This document shows positions 1 through 16,404 of a stretch of DNA of 64,000 nucleotides, one piece after another. The position numbers and the translations under genes were made by a program. This stretch comes from the human T2T-CHM13v2.0 reference genome, Homo sapiens. The stretch lies in the NCBI RefSeq assembly GCF_009914755.1, contig NC_060932.1. The stretch is one strand, 5' to 3'. The notes under the pieces are model-generated. The model did no database searches. It was given only the letters and a program-made list of their open reading frames with translations, and had not been told where the DNA came from. Positions within the stretch are counted from its first letter, which is position 1, and the number at the start of each line of letters is the position of its first letter.

Positions 1-978
1 AGAGCAAAAGAAACTATCATCAGAGTGAACAGGCAACCTACAGAATGGGAGAAAATTTTTGCAATCTATCCCACTGACAAAGGGATCACATCCAGAATCT
101 ATGAAGAACTTAAACAGATTAACAAGAAAAAAACAATCCTATCAAAAAGTGGGCAAAGGATATGAACAGACATTTCTCAAAAGAAGACATTTATGCAGCC
201 AACAGACATATTAGAAAAAGTTCGTCGTCACTGGTCATTAGAGAAATGCAAATCAAACCCAGAATGAGATACAATCTCATGCCAGTTAGAATGGCGATCA
301 TTAAAAAGTCAGGAAACAACAGATGCTGGAGAAGATGTGGAGAAATAGGAACACTTTTACACTGTTGGTGGGAGTGTAAATTAGTTCAACCATTGTGGAA
401 GACAGTGTGGTGATTCCTCAAGGATCTAGAACCAGAAATACCACTTGACCCAGCAATCTCATTACTGGGTATATACCCAAAGGATTATAAATCATTCTAC
501 TATAAAGACACATGTGCACGTATGTTTATTGCGGCACTATTCACAATAGCAAAGACTTGGAACCAACCCAAATGCCCATCAATGATAGACTGGATAAAGT
601 AAATGTGGCACATAAACACCATGGACTGCTATGCAGCCATAAAAAAAGATGAGTTCATGTCCTTTGCAGGGACATGGATGATGCTGGAAACCATCATTCT
701 CAGCAAACTAATGCAAGAACAGAAAACCAAACACAGCATGTTCTCACTCATAAGTGGGAGTTGAACAATGAGAACATATGGACACAGGGAGGGAAACAGC
801 ACACATGGGGGACCTATCAGGGAATGGGGGGCTAGGGGAGGGATAGCTTTAGGAGAAATACCTAATGTAGATGATGGGTTGATGGGTACAGCCAACCACC
901 ATGGCACATGTATACCTAGGTAACAAACCTGCACATTCTGCACATGTACCCCAGAACTTCAATAATAATAATAAAAAG
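1..978 (+). mobile_element. L1PA (approx. L1PA7-8) ORF2 C-terminus, 3' UTR and A-rich tail
   Basis: ORF 162-413 is L1 ORF2 C-terminal ([13 protein letters not shown]...[14 protein letters not shown]); typical L1PA 3' UTR ending in aataataataataaaaa. Confidence 0.95.
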
Positions 979-1499
979 TAAAATTAAATTTTATTTTTCA
1001 TTATTATTTTTGTTTAAATTTTAGACATTTAAATCTTAAAAAATGTTTTATATCTTGTGGGGAAGGTTTTGGAAAGACTCCACTTAGTGCTAATAAAAAT
1101 GTAAAGTCACCTACCAAGGAAGATAAAAGATGAAGATCAATTCTTATTTAAAATGTTTTTTAAAAGCCTTCATTAGTAATTTTCCTGCTTCAAACTTTTT
1201 CTTTACTCTTTAATTTTAATTTGGTTTTTAATGTGTTGAATATTGAAAACTTTGAAAGGATTTAAGCTAATGCAGTTATTGTTTATTATTGGCTATCTAA
1301 AGAAATAGTATGGTTTTTGTCACTTATCTGAGTGTGTCCAGTAATCTATTTTCAGCAGACTGAGTTTTGTAGGGGTGGTCTTTGCACGAGAAATTTTCAA
1401 GTATTTAACCAGTTTAAGTTGTTGCTGATAAAGATATTTTAATTGTTTATGTTGTATTCAATCAGAGAAAGGAGGCCTCGCCACTTGAATTTAACTTAC

Positions 1500-1638
1500 A
1501 GTACCACCCTTGAACCTTTCTATTTCCATATCCCAGAAAGGTCAGTGGTTTCCTCCGGGGAGGAGGTCAAGATGCTATGCCTTCACCTTCATGGTGCCTC
1601 TGGGAAGAGCTGCCCGCTCTCAGCGAGTTCCACAGTAC
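1500..1638 (-). pseudogene. Relic exon, RGS alpha4-like motif
   Basis: Donor ACT|GTAAGT at 1500; degenerate acceptor (ctttttctcacAT); reads GGNH*PFWDMEIERFKG; locally GC-richer than its flanks. Confidence 0.45.
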
Positions 1639-2600
1639 ATGTGAGAAAAAGGACTAACATGGCCATTAAACTTTAGTTTATCTTCTAATTACCTTTCCTT
1701 TAGCATGTGTGTATTAAAATTATCATGACTTCTTTAACATTTTAGTGTAGAGACTTTATCTTATTTGATTAATATTTCTTATCAACATTGTTGGTGCATA
1801 AGGCTAATTTAGTAGTATTTAAATACATTTTTAAATTAATAAGCTATATTTCCTAGGCCATTTATCTCAACCTTTACTACGACATTATTTGGTCTAATGA
1901 AATAGTTATATCATTTGAGTGTACCACCTAACTGTTCTGTGACTCAGCTTTACATTTGCAATGATAGTCAGTCACAGGCCAGCCCCAAAGCCTGAAGAAG
2001 TTAATGTATGTTGATGACCTTGAACAGTTCCAGATACAATGGAAAAAAACAACAAAAATATACTACTCTTATAATTGTTAGATATATATCTCGCTCTGTT
2101 TTATTTTTATATTTTCCCCCAAAAATTTAGGAGCATGGAGCAATTATTAATAATTCTTTCATGATCATTATTCTATCACTACTATTAGTTTGTATCTACT
2201 GAGTAAATTTATTAACACCCTAAAAATACTTTCTCTAAATAGGTGCAAGAATAGAGCTGATAAATAATACATAGAATTTCCATAAATCAGACTTTTTCAA
2301 ACATATAAAAATTTTTTACATAACGAATGTTTCAAACTTTTAAAATTTCTAATATATAGGATTGTTTTAAGTGCTTCAATCATTTTAAAATGTAGGAAAT
2401 AACCTAAACAATGAGTTATGATCATTTAAAAAGTTTTAATATCACCTTTAAAATTTCCTCTTTCCTTTACCTTTTTTTTTTTTATCTATTGATAAAGTCA
2501 TATTCATTAAATTCTAGAGCGATTTTCACTTTCTTTTTTACTCTATCCCACAGATAAACCTCAGGATTTAATTTCTTCAATTCCTCTTGTCTTACAAGGA

Positions 2601-2899
2601 TTTTTTTTTTTTTTTTTTTTTTTTAGACGGAGTCTTGCTGTCTCCAGGCTGGAGTGCAATGGCGTAATCTTGGCTCACTGCAACCTCCACCTCCTGGTTC
2701 AAGCAATTCTCCTGCCTCAGCCTCCCGAGTAGCTGGGATTACACGTATGTGCCACAACACCCGAATAATTTTTGTATTTTTAGTAGAGACAGGGTTTCAC
2801 CTTGTTGGCCAGGATGGTCTCGATCTCTTGACTTTGTGATCCGCCCGCCTTGGCCTCCAAAAGAGCTGGGATTACAAGCGTGAGGCACCGCACCCGGCC
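2601..2899 (-). mobile_element. AluS (Sc-like)
   Basis: Poly-T, full dimer, aggatggtctcgatctcttgac diagnostic; degenerate TSD tcttacaagga/tcttgctagga. Confidence 0.95.
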
Positions 2900-3364
2900 C
2901 ATCTTGCTAGGATTTTTTCAATAATTTTCTAAATTATTTTTAAAGCTAAAAGTTTCAGCTTTCCAATTTAAAGCCCTAATGAGAAAACTCTGTCCACTAA
3001 ACTGTACATCTTAAATTCATCTACTTATGAAACAAACTGACAAATTGTGTTTCCAATGCTGTTAAAAGACTAATGATTTACCTACATTAAATTGTCCAGT
3101 CAAAATGGTTTTAAATAATAAATATCCTATCCTAAAGAAATGTCACTTATTCAAGTATTTATTACTATTCTGTTTATAATTATGCTGGACTCTCATTCTT
3201 GGCACTTTTTAATATAATTCTAGCTCCAACATAAATATTATTCCAGATACTGTCAGGGTTCTTGGAAGAATAATGGTGTAAATAGTGACATAAAATTATT
3301 TTCTTACTTCACAGTTATGAACTCCACCCGATCACACCTATCTGAGTGTCTTTCTCATTGCAGC

Positions 3365-4160
3365 ATTTCTTACTGAGGTATGATTTACATTCAATAACAT
3401 ATTAGGTATTCAATTTGCTGAGTTTTGACAAATGTATACATATTTACTTGATTACCACAATCACAATATAAAATCTATCCGTTAACCTAAAAATATCTCC
3501 TTCCCCAAAACTCCCTTTCATCAGCTTGTAGATCTGAATCACCATCGCGTGAAATATACCTTCTCTAGAAACTCACCTTTTATTCTTCTAAAAATGGCGT
3601 TACTTGCCTACATTTTTGAAGGATATCAAATTCTCAGTTACATGTTTTTATTCTTCCTTTATCCTTTTGAAAAAAGTCATTCCAATGTTTTCTAGCTTTT
3701 ATGGTTACTAATAAGTTATCTATTTTATTGTTGTTGTGTTTGAATAATTTCATTTTCCTTTGCGTGGCTTCAAGAATTTTTCTCTTTGTCTTTCAGGAAT
3801 TTGACTGTGATGTTCCCTGCAGTGGATCCTTTGTGTTTATCTTGCTTGGGATTTGTTGAGCTTCTTGGATCTGTAAATTAATGTGTTCCACAAAATTAAG
3901 TTCTCAGCCATTATTACTTCAAGTATTTTTTTTTCTTTCTCTTTCTCTTCTTGCTTTCTGAAAATCAATTTGAACAACTATGAGTCTGGTGTCTGGTTTA
4001 TATTGTCCCACAGGTCTCTAAGGTTCTGTTTATTTTCAGTCATTTTTAAATAATCTTTTCTCTCCTTCAAATTTGATTATGTTGTTATTTTACTGAGTTT
4101 CCTTATGTATTTTTCAAGAAAAGATTGTTTTTCTTCTGCCTGTTGTTTTAATTTATGTTT
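3365..4160 (-). mobile_element. Old L1M fragments
   Basis: L1M-like phrases (tttgttgagcttcttggatctgtaaat, ttctcagccattattacttcaa, gtcccacaggtctctaagg). Confidence 0.7.
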
Positions 4161-4410
4161 TTTCTTGTGCCCCTAGCAGCCTCCCTCACACATGCATAGT
4201 TTAGCTGTCAAAACTGTTTGTGTGCAATTTACATTTGGTATTTAGAAGTCATTCCTGCTATAGTTTTCAGGATGCCAGTTTTTTATTTTAAATTTGCAGC
4301 TGTTTTTCCAGCTCAGTGTTATAATCTCTAAAAGCACCAGAGATAATCTCTGATAATTATGACACTTTTAGGTGATAAGGCTTCAGTTTTTCTGATCTCT
4401 TATTTACTTG

Positions 4411-4720
4411 TATAGTAATCTCCTTTTATATGCAGGGGATACTTTTCAAGAGTCCCAGTAGATACCTGAAACTGCAGCTAGTGCAGAATCCTACATATGC
4501 TATGCATAGATTTCTTTTCTTCACAAATTTTGTTCCTTCTTTATTAAGTTAAACACTTTTGCCTTTCCACTTAAAGAAAATACTTTATGGCTTCTCTTTG
4601 GCATATCTGAATTGCCAGCATCGCAACTCTTGCCCTTTGGGGTCATTATTAAGCAAAATCAGGGTTACTTGAACACAAGCACTGCTATACCCTGACAGTC
4701 AGTCTGATAACTGACAGCAG
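4411..4720 (-). mobile_element. MER44 (Tigger7-derived) DNA transposon fragment
   Basis: ggcatatctgaattgccagca...gggttacttgaacacaagcactgc and the terminal region resemble MER44. Confidence 0.7.
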
Positions 4721-4729
4721 GGAGACCTA

Positions 4730-6315
4730 TCAGGAGATAGCAGGATGACCCTCTCATCAGGTCTGCTACTGGGCCTTGGCAAGTAGCTCTGAGCACTGAC
4801 ACTACATCCACATTTCTCTTAGGTGTTCCGGGCCAGGGGGCTCCCTCAGGCAACAGCTGCAGCAAGGAGGTAGGCCCACTTTTTCCAGGTGGGTCCTGCA
4901 GAGAGGTAGGAATGCCTTGCTCCCAAGGCAGCCCTCATGACTCACCCTTCTCTGTGCTCTGAGAGTGTGGGCTCCAATTCTGCTCAAATTCCAGCCACAG
5001 ATCTCAGCCCAGCACTCCCAAGCTGTGCACTGCAGCTCTGGGACAAGCTCAGGCTTTTTGTTCCCTCCCCAACTTGTGGGCAGCAGGGGTGGGGAATGCA
5101 GCAGTGGTAATGTCAGGGGGTCTGTCAGCTGATTCTGGGTTTCTACCCCAGAGAAATGTAGAATCATGGCTGACTGGGGTGACCAGCTGGGGGTGAGGCA
5201 GCTGTTCTGCAAGCCCAAGCCAGAGGGCCCTGACTGGTGTAGGGCAACAGGGGCCACCAGGGATTGCAAGGAAGACAGGCTGGCATGTTCTTTGCAGGGT
5301 GGGTCCACACGCTGTTGATGTGCAAAAGAATCAGAGTCATTGTTTCCTCCTTAGCCTGGGAAGAGTAAGAGCCTTACTGCAGCAGTGGCAATGGCAGAGG
5401 GGTTGTCAGTTGTCCCTGAGAGCTGTACCCCAGAGAAATGCAGAGCCACCACCAACTGCAGTGATTAGGTAGGGGTGGTGGCCCAAGCTAGGAGACCCTG
5501 TCCAGTGAGGAGCAGCAGGGGCAGGGACCCACATGGAAAGCAATCTGGCCATCTTTCTGTCTAGAAGCTGCTGTGTGCAGCTCTCATACAACCATTCATT
5601 CAGGCTCTTTGTTCCCTCCTCAGCCTTAGGGCAGAAGGGGCAGGGATTGTGGCAATGGCAATCAGTGGGCCTGTTGGTTACCTCTGGGAGCCCTGTCCCA
5701 GAGAAATGCAGGCCCACAACCAGCCAGAGTGCTCAGGTAAGGGCAAGGTGGCTATTCTGAGGCCCAGACCAGTGGGCATTGCCTGGCAAGGTGCACAGGA
5801 GGCAGGGCCCAATTCCATCCACTCTCAGCACCATGGATGTGACCCCTATCCTAGGGCATGCAAAAATGCCTGGCCTACCTTGTTGGCGGGGCTATGGCAG
5901 CTGGCACCAGGGTGCTCAGGGATCCAAGGCTTGTGGCGCTCATTGTGGGCTTGAGTGGTGGCTCTGACCAAACCCTAGGCAGCCTTCCATATTGGTCTGG
6001 AAGTTGAGAGGGGTCAAGGGGACCTCCTGTGCCCAGGATTGCAAAGGTCTATGGCAGAAGTGTGGATCTCCAAGTGCTGTCACTCATTCACCTTTTCCCT
6101 GCAGTAGGGAGCCTCCCTAGCTCTGTGACAATCCCAGGTGAGTGGCTGTCCTGCCTCACTCCTCTCTGCTCTCCATGGGTTTCCATGGCTTCCTTGATGA
6201 ATCCCAACATGACCTCTTGGATAATACACTTAAAGAGACAGTGTTTACTTGCCGCTCTGTCTCCTCTCCATGAGAGCAGCATGCACTAGCTGCTTCTAGT
6301 CGGCCATCTTGGCAC
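4730..6315 (-). mobile_element. Older primate L1 5' UTR (L1PA11-16/L1PB type)
   Basis: Minus strand begins CAAGATGGCCGACTAGAAGCAGCTAG (L1 5' end with YY1 site); GC-rich, with internal repeats (ccagagaaatg...). Confidence 0.8.
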
Positions 6316-6774
6316 TTCTTCCTCGTATTTTCTTTTTTCACTATCATATGTTAACATTTCAGCTGAAATATTTTAATAGGCACTATCATTTTGCCTTCAT
6401 TGAGGGTACTTTTCTTCAAAAAGTATATTTACAAGATAAAATGAGCCAAATAATTTTCTATAATTTTGATCATTTAAAGTTTTATCAGATTTAGATATTG
6501 CTTAATATAGGCCTTTTGTTACATATAATTTGTTTTCTACCTTAATTTTAAAGAAATGTAGTCTAATGTTTTCATTTTTTAAGTTTAATGTCAATAATTA
6601 TAATAAAAATCATCAAAAGATAAGTTTTTCTCAATTTTTGTGAATACTTAAAGATTTATAACATAGTTTGAACAAAATGCCTCCATATTTTTAGAGAAAA
6701 TATTTACCAAAAAATGTTTAATGTCATTGTAGGAAAGTTAATTTACAAATAACTTTTAAAAGTTTAAATGTTCT

Positions 6775-7285
<511 letters not shown>

Positions 7286-7660
7286 CTAAAGTTGGTAAGA
7301 AAAATGTTTAGAGCATTATATTTTTTCCTTCAAATTTGTATTTATACCATTACGAAAAAAAATATTTAGATTCAACATTGAACATCTTAAATTGCAAATA
7401 TCAGTCACAAAAATAGTAGATGTTTCTGACCAAAACAAACTTTCTGTTTGATTCCATATGTTGGATAAAACAAATTATTTATTAATACAATCAACTGTCT
7501 TTCTGTTCCCAGCATCTGATGATATTGACTTACTAGCACCATGTAATTTTTTGCTGAATTCTTCTGGTAATGGATCTAACACATCAGTAGCTATCATCAC
7601 ACTTTCTATAGTGCAAACACACACATACACACACACGGTGTCAAAAATGAACCAATTTAA

Positions 7661-9363
<1,703 letters not shown>

Positions 9364-9499
9364 AAGGGTTCTATAATAAAAATCTTGTTTAATTTTGTTT
9401 AAACCAGAGGAAAAAAAAAAAAGAAAAAGAAAAGCCACACTTTATACAGTACTATGTAATTGAGCTTTCTGCAACTGCCTCTGTTAAATTTTTATTTTC

Positions 9500-9830
9500 A
9501 GGAACAGTATCTTAAATGCCTGTTATTTTAAAAAGTACATCTGATGTTTTTGCAATAAATATGTGTCTTCTGTCTTTCATATAGCCAGTGATATCACCAT
9601 ATTAGTGCCCAGGGGTATTGGTAAATGTCAACAAATATTTTCAGCACTTTACACATTTATCATGTGTTTCTCAAAATATTTAAACTCAGTATATAATTTC
9701 TCATTAAATATGCACCTTTATGACCTCATTGTTGCTGAAAACGCTTATTGAAAATTTTTCAAAAAATGATTTACCAATAATATCCAGTAAGACAAAGGCA
9801 TTAATTACAAATTTAAATGGCATAAGAAAT
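9500..9830 (-). pseudogene. Relic exon, RGS22-like domain
   Basis: FVINAFVLLDIIGKSFFEKF (end of ORF 9704-9994), then ERQKTHIYCKNI in another frame; boundaries uncertain. Confidence 0.45.
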
Positions 9831-10049
9831 GTTTTTGAGGTGAAGATGTTTTTTCTTCTCTCATTCATTTGAAGTTTTTCATTCCTAAACACATACCACC
9901 CCCCACAGACAATATATACATATAAATATATAAATGTATATATTTCTGTATTTATATATAAAAATATACATATATTTCTTTCAACGGGAATCAATTATTC
10001 ATCCATCCATATAAATTTTTTACACTTTTAAAAATTAAAATACACATCA

Positions 10050-10640
10050 GAAAAAAGGAACAAAGTAGTTCTAAGCAATGGAAACTATAGGGAAGTTTAA
10101 TAGAAAAATGTTAGCACATTGGGAGAAGATATTTTAGCAGCTAAACCTAATAAAATATTTTATATATAATTAACTCCAAAATTAACAAGAAGATAAAAAA
10201 TTAAAAAGAAAATTAGGAAAATAATTTGAATATGCAATTCACAGAATAATTTTAAGTGTATGAAAATAAGTGCAATTTCTTTAGTAATCAGAAAAATGTA
10301 AATGTCAATAGCAATGAGATACCATTGTGCACTTATTGACCAAATCAAGTAGGTAAAGATGACTTACCATCTAGGATGTGAAAATAGGAGCTCACGCTTT
10401 TTTGGTGGGAGTGTATGCAGTTGCTACCATTTGGAGGCAATCTGACAGTACTTAGAAAATAAGTAAGCATAAACCCTAGGAACTAGTATTCTGACTCTCA
10501 GTTATATACCTGAGATAAATCTCTTACAGAAACATCTAAGTCTAACGCTATTTGGATTGTGGAGTGCAGAATGTAGTTACTGAGTTTTCCTTACAGAAAT
10601 GATTAAATGTGGCAAGGCCCTCTTTGAGATACAATGTTAT
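10050..10640 (+). mobile_element. Old L1M 3' fragment
   Basis: Degenerate ORF2 end (atgagataccattg, tggtgggagtgta, ttatatacctgaga). Confidence 0.65.
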
Positions 10641-11055
10641 AATTTAATTAACTGTGATAGAGATACATACAACTTGTATAGATCATAAAAAATAGTTCTG
10701 ATATATTTTTCAAGGCAGGACACAAGAAAATATCTACAATATGTATTGTTTAGATAAGACACAGACATTCACTATACCCAATATATTTTTCAAAGACATC
10801 TCACATCCAAGGATATAAGCCAAACACCTTTGAGTAGGTTCCTATGAGAAGTGAGAAAAGGGAGATACGATTGGAAGCAAAGGGAAAAGAGCAGAGTATG
10901 ATAGACCAAACGAAACCAAGTAAACACATTGTGCCACAACACAGCACAAGTTAACTAGAGCATGGTTTTATACACATTGATGAGAAGAGTATGCTGAAAT
11001 CTGAAGAGTAAAATTAATTTACTCTCATGTCTGCTCTTACAGTCCAAAACAAAAT

Positions 11056-11056
<1 letters not shown>

Positions 11057-11086
<30 letters not shown>
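11057..11086. repeat. (CA)n microsatellite
   Basis: Seen directly. Confidence 0.95.
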
Positions 11087-11124
11087 AAATTTATCAGGAA
11101 TACAGAAATACCAAAACTGAATTT

Positions 11125-11619
11125 TGAAATTAAATAATTCAAACAAAGCTGTTGGAACTTGAAATTATTCTGAAGCCTCGAGAGGAATGTGGCTACGTGG
11201 CCTGAGTCACACGGCATGCAGCTGCAACTTCTGCTTTATTTTTTCCCTGTAAACAATTAAGACCAAATAGCACCCAGGATAAGACCCCCTCAGATCACTT
11301 CTCCTCCTCACAAAAAAATAAAATAATTGTCCTTGGAATGTAGCAATCTGTGACTAATCAAATTATTGTGGGTATTATCTGGTTTCCTATGGAAAATGTA
11401 ATCCTGATGAAATTTGTCTCCACCTTTATAAGTGAAAACTTAATTTCTCCACTTTTTTTTTTTAAACAGAGACATTGAGGGCAGGGAAATTACTCTACTT
11501 TGGAATGTTGACCCCACTCATTCAGAGTTGGTGTGTCCAGGCGGCCATCCTCAAGCTTTGCACTTGATTAAACTCTATACTTAATCGTATTTTCTGAATC
11601 TCATTATTTAAGATTGACA
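11125..11619 (+). mobile_element. ERV1-class solo LTR (subfamily unresolved)
   Basis: aaagctgttggaactt...gagaggaatgtggcta; ATTAAA signal and terminal ...attgaca. Confidence 0.7.
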
Positions 11620-11771
11620 ATAAAAAGCAGCAAGAGTAAAAGAGCTATACTTCCGGAAAATTACACATAGCAAAAGAAGTCAACTGTTGAGATTATAGTC
11701 TTTGTAAACTTGTAGAATAGAAGCCAGGTAGCCACAAATAATAAAACTGAGAATGATTCTGACAGAGAAAA

Positions 11772-12503
11772 GACATTTTTTATCTGAGGAATGCCAGCCC
11801 CTTTAAATGATCAGGCCCAGAGAGGTATTGAAAAGTGACAGCAGTCACACCTCACTTCCACCTTAAGCTAAGTAATATGACTGTCACCACCAACAGTCAT
11901 AAATTAACCTAACAATGCCACATGCTAGACACCATAACTCAAACCTTAAATGGATGTGAGTTCAACAATATGTAGCCAATTACTAATAAATCGTTTCTGT
12001 AAAGCAATGAGAATTCCTGACGACTTTTTTTTTTTTTTTTTTTTTTTTTTTGAGACAGAGTCTTGCTCTGGCACCAGGCTGGAGTGCAGTATTGCAATCT
12101 CGGCTCACTGCAACCCCCGCTTCCTCGGTTAAAGTGATTCTCTAGCCTCAGCCTCCCCAACAGCTGGGATTACAGGCATGCGCCACCACACCCAGCTAAT
12201 GTTTGTATTTTTAGTAGAGACAGGGTTTCACTATGTTGGTCAGGATGGTCTCCATCTCCTGACCTTGTGATCCACCTGCCTCAGCCTCCCAAAGTGCTGG
12301 TATTACAGGCATGAGCCACTGTGCCCGGCTGACAACTTTTATAATCACCTCCTCTACCGATTCATCCATTTTTCGTAAAGACTTTAGTCTTCCTTTTGTT
12401 TCCCCAGACCACTTCCCAGTGTTTCCCAGGCTGCCATCCTCAACTTTGGCCCAAATATACTCTCTATATTAATGTTGCCTCAGTTTCTATCTTTAGGTGG
12501 ACA
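11772..12503 (+). mobile_element. ERV solo LTR interrupted by an Alu (subfamily unresolved)
   Basis: tatctgaggaatgccagccccttta...; ends ctttaggtggaca. Confidence 0.65.
12025..12329 (-). mobile_element. AluS (Sc-like)
   Basis: Long poly-T, full dimer, TSD ctgacgactttt/ctgacaactttt. Confidence 0.95.
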
Positions 12504-14344
12504 ATTCCTACAGACAGCAGAAATCTTTGGGTGCATAATGTGATTTATCCCCCTATATACAGCGCAGTCCTGGATATAATACAGAATATTGTGTGCCATG
12601 AAAAAATAAGGTGAGAAATATGAAGGAGTCACCTGGGTTTGATGAAGTGGATTGGGGATATTAGCTGGAACAATTTAAGAAAGTAAAGAAGTGAAAAGCA
12701 GAAATCATAGAGATGCCTTTGAACAGCTCCAGGCTACTTGAGTGAGATTCTGTATCAGTTAAGGTAAGTGTTTGAAGAAGAGGACTACCCCAGAGACAAT
12801 TGTGTTATGTAATGGTAAGAGAAGCCCAAATTCTTTGCCCTTTTAGCATCTGGTTTCTGAAATTCAGACATACAATGATTTATGTAAATAAATGGGAAAA
12901 AGTCATATTTTTGTAAGTATGTGATGATAAATTGAAAAGCAGAATGGAGATTTTCCTCTGTCTTAACCACTGTAACTCCCTTTAATTACATTTAATTACT
13001 CCTTTTCTTAGATTTAATTTTACATCTTTTACGTGCCTTGAATGAATAAATGCCAATTTTAAGTATGCATTTATTTATTATTTGAGGCACCATAATTTTA
13101 CAGAGCAATTCTTTCCTGAGTTAAAATGAATTGATGTTTCCTAAATTATTTCCATTTTTTGAAAGTTAATCCTGTGCTAATAAGGGTGACGAGTCAATAC
13201 TGCTTTAATTTATTTTCATATTTTCTCATGTTAAAAAAGCTTTTTATGTTCTAATAAAAAAAAAGCCTAATGGTAAAATAAAGGTTTGATGGTAGAATCT
13301 TATATAAATTTCATTTGCTTTTTTAAAAGAGACTGTGCTAGTAGAAAAGAATAATTATAAATATGTATTTAAAAGTACTATTTTTGTCCACATGTAAGTT
13401 ATTTGTTAATAGGATATACTAATGATTACTAAAACATATCAATTGAATGCCAAAATAACATTTAATTTAATCTTAATTACAGAAATTAATCATATGCTCT
13501 GTAGCAAACTTGCAGTATTTTAGTTGCATATTACTTATTATTTGGAAAGTTTCTTTACTTGTTTTTAAAGGAATAGGATTATGTTCAACTTTTTAAGACA
13601 GAAAAAATGGTTGGTCTGTATTGCAGTGCTGAAATATAAATTTTGTCTACCTTAGAGAATAGATTATTTATCTGGAATCCATTGAACCGTAGGAGATTCC
13701 AGATCCTGTGTGTTCTATGAACTTCTATGCAAAATCTGTATGCATACAGGGTATATCTACATATTTTGGAGGGCTAGAAGTCTATAAATTTCAGAATGTA
13801 TTTAAAGTAATCCATAAATCAAAAAAGAGTGACTACTGGTCTTGGAAAAGCAATATGTTCAAATTAAGTATGAGAACAAAATGAAAAGAATTATGTCTTG
13901 TCTGTCACTAAGTTTAAGCATGGAAATTATAACAACAATAGAAACAAATGTTAAATGCTTCAAGATTTACCAAGTATAGCTAAACACATTATTTTATTTA
14001 TCTTAACAATAACCAAGGGAAGTAGATATTTTCTATCTACAAACCCTTATAGGACATATTTTACTTGAAAGACACAAAGATTGTTATTTATTTTAAGAAG
14101 AATTATCAAAGAGCAAGATGAGACTGTTTGTCCTTAGTTATTCAGGTATAGGTGGCTAAGATGACCATATATCACAAGTGTATTTAAGCCTATAGCCCTG
14201 TCCTTCTATCCTGATTATGCCAAACTAAACCAAGTTGTGGTATGGTATGGGCTGCAGTCTGTTACATGCACAAAGCTCCCAATCAATCAGTGAGGACAAT
14301 TTAAAAAAAAATGCAATGAACTCAGGGGCACTGATTCAACATTA

Positions 14345-14893
14345 AAAGTAGGAGATGCTCATATTTCTTTATGTCAATTTCTGGGGAAAAATGTGTCAAT
14401 CTTAAATTTTTGCACTGTCATTGATGATCTAAGATGAGCTAGTTATTCATAGTTTACCTAGTCAGTGGGAAAGAGTTATGTTTATAAGTAAGCTATGAAT
14501 AGCCAGTTTTATAACCCAGAACTGTCTTTTTTCAGGCCCTGGGAGCTATTCCCTTGAAATGTAGTCATCAAGAAAGATAATATCCCTATCTCCCTATCCA
14601 TAGTCTCTGTGGAAAGGTAGAAATCTAACTAATGCAGATTCCTTACCTCAAGATGCAATACTACCACCTGTCAGCACAATACCAGAAAGTTTACTTTTTC
14701 TTTGAATAAGGTCAACTAGCAAATACAGAGAGCCTACTATTCCCCCAACCCAAGCTCTTAAAACGCACCTATCCCTTTTTTTCTATGGAGTTGATCTCAG
14801 ACTGAATTCTGGCCTCTCTCCCCTATTAACAAAGCTTTGAATAAAGCCATCCTTGACTGTTAAAATTTGAGTGGTACAATTTTCACTTTGTCA
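14345..14893 (+). mobile_element. ERV1-class LTR (MER34-group-like)
   Basis: LTR-like composition, AATAAA at ~14840, terminal ...ttcactttgtca. Confidence 0.5.
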
Positions 14894-15029
14894 CAGGCTG
14901 AATTATCTTTTTAGTTCTAATATTCTGTCTAATAATTCTATATCTGAATAGCAATATTATTTTCAAATTAGAAGTTTTTTGTTTCTTCATTTTCCATCAA
15001 TATACATCTCTTTGCTGTGAAATTTTTCA

Positions 15030-15720
15030 AAAATGCACAAAAGTATAGAGCAAAACAAATTATGTACCTATAAAAATTATCTACATTTTGACATACTTAT
15101 TTTTTATCACTCCTCACCTCATTTATATAGTTTTATAGCATACTTGAAGGCATGATATAATTGTGTAATTAAAGACAAAAATACGAGCCCCAAAATGGCA
15201 TTTCCTTACATAACTGTAACACCATTCTCACACTTAACAAAATTAACAATAGTTTCTTGATATTTAACATTAATTTAATCTGCTATCCAATCAGACAATG
15301 GTCTTCAATGATGAAAAAATCTTTAGGTAAAAAAATGGATGGGTTTGACAAATTTGGAAATCTATTTGGCATATCTACTTAGCATATGACTCAGCAATTT
15401 CACTGCTACGTGTATACCAACAGAAATGTATACAAATGGCAACAAAGGATATATGCAAGAATGTTAATAGCAACCCTGGGTAATGACCTCAAGTTCAACA
15501 CAATACAAATGCCTATAGACAGTGTAAGAAATATAGTGATGCATATGTACTCAATGAAATAGCATGTGGCAATGAGCACAAATGAACACATAACAATGTG
15601 GATGCATCTCACTATCTTACTGATGCAATATTTAGTGAAAGAAGCCAGACAGAAAATGTTACACTTTGTATTATTTTGTTTATATACAGTTCAAAATGGG
15701 CAAAATTAATCCATGGTGTA
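15030..15720. mobile_element. Old L1M 3' fragments in both orientations
   Basis: L1MC/ME-like 3' UTR phrases (agtgaaagaagccagaca, caaaatgggcaaaattaatc). Confidence 0.6.
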
Positions 15721-15993
15721 CTACCTTTGTCAGGGTCTCACATCTAAATTAAAATATTTCAGTGTAACATGCATGTGTTATATGGATACACTGCAAGGCA
15801 CATGTTAGAATTAATTTGTGATTTAAATAATAAATAAAATCTAACCTCTGCCCCAAGAAGATAAAAATCTAGCAAGTAAGAAAAATAGGTATACTATTAA
15901 AGAAAAATGAATATATTGTTAAAGAAGTACCCTAAATAAAGAGTGGTGGTATGTTATGGAAGGACACTGTTAGTGAACACAGATAATTTTTTA

Positions 15994-16404
15994 GTGTGAT
16001 GGGCCCCCCACCAGGTTACTTACAGTGGACATACTTAACGTATGTCTATTGCCTGAACCCTGAAGGCTCAGCAGTGAGCCAAGGCCATGATGCCCAAATG
16101 AGGAGCAGGTGTCCCTGAGAACTCAAACATCCCAGAGAGTACCTGAAAGCCTACTAAGAAAAATAGTCTCATTGCTCAACCACAGTAGGCAAAGAGCCAG
16201 AATATTAGCTTAAAAGCAATTTAGAGATGAGAAGCAGCACAGATCTCTAGAACTGTCCTGCTGCCATCCAGGAAAGCCCTGTATGTAAGTCCTAATAAAC
16301 TCTTCCACTCATCAAGCTGGACTTGTCTGAAGACCATTCTTTGGTCTTTCAGTTCCTTTCCAGTATGGGACGGGATGTTACAGTCCCAAATATTTCTCAT
16401 AACA
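15994..16404 (+). mobile_element. LTR32-like ERVL solo LTR
   Basis: cccccaccaggttactt...gaggagcaggtgtccctgagaac...cacagtaggcaaagagccag; AATAAA; ends taaca. Confidence 0.75.

Noticed and set aside
4665-6347. Cluster of 60-168-aa ORFs resembling a gene
   Set aside because: They lie within a GC-rich L1 5' UTR remnant.
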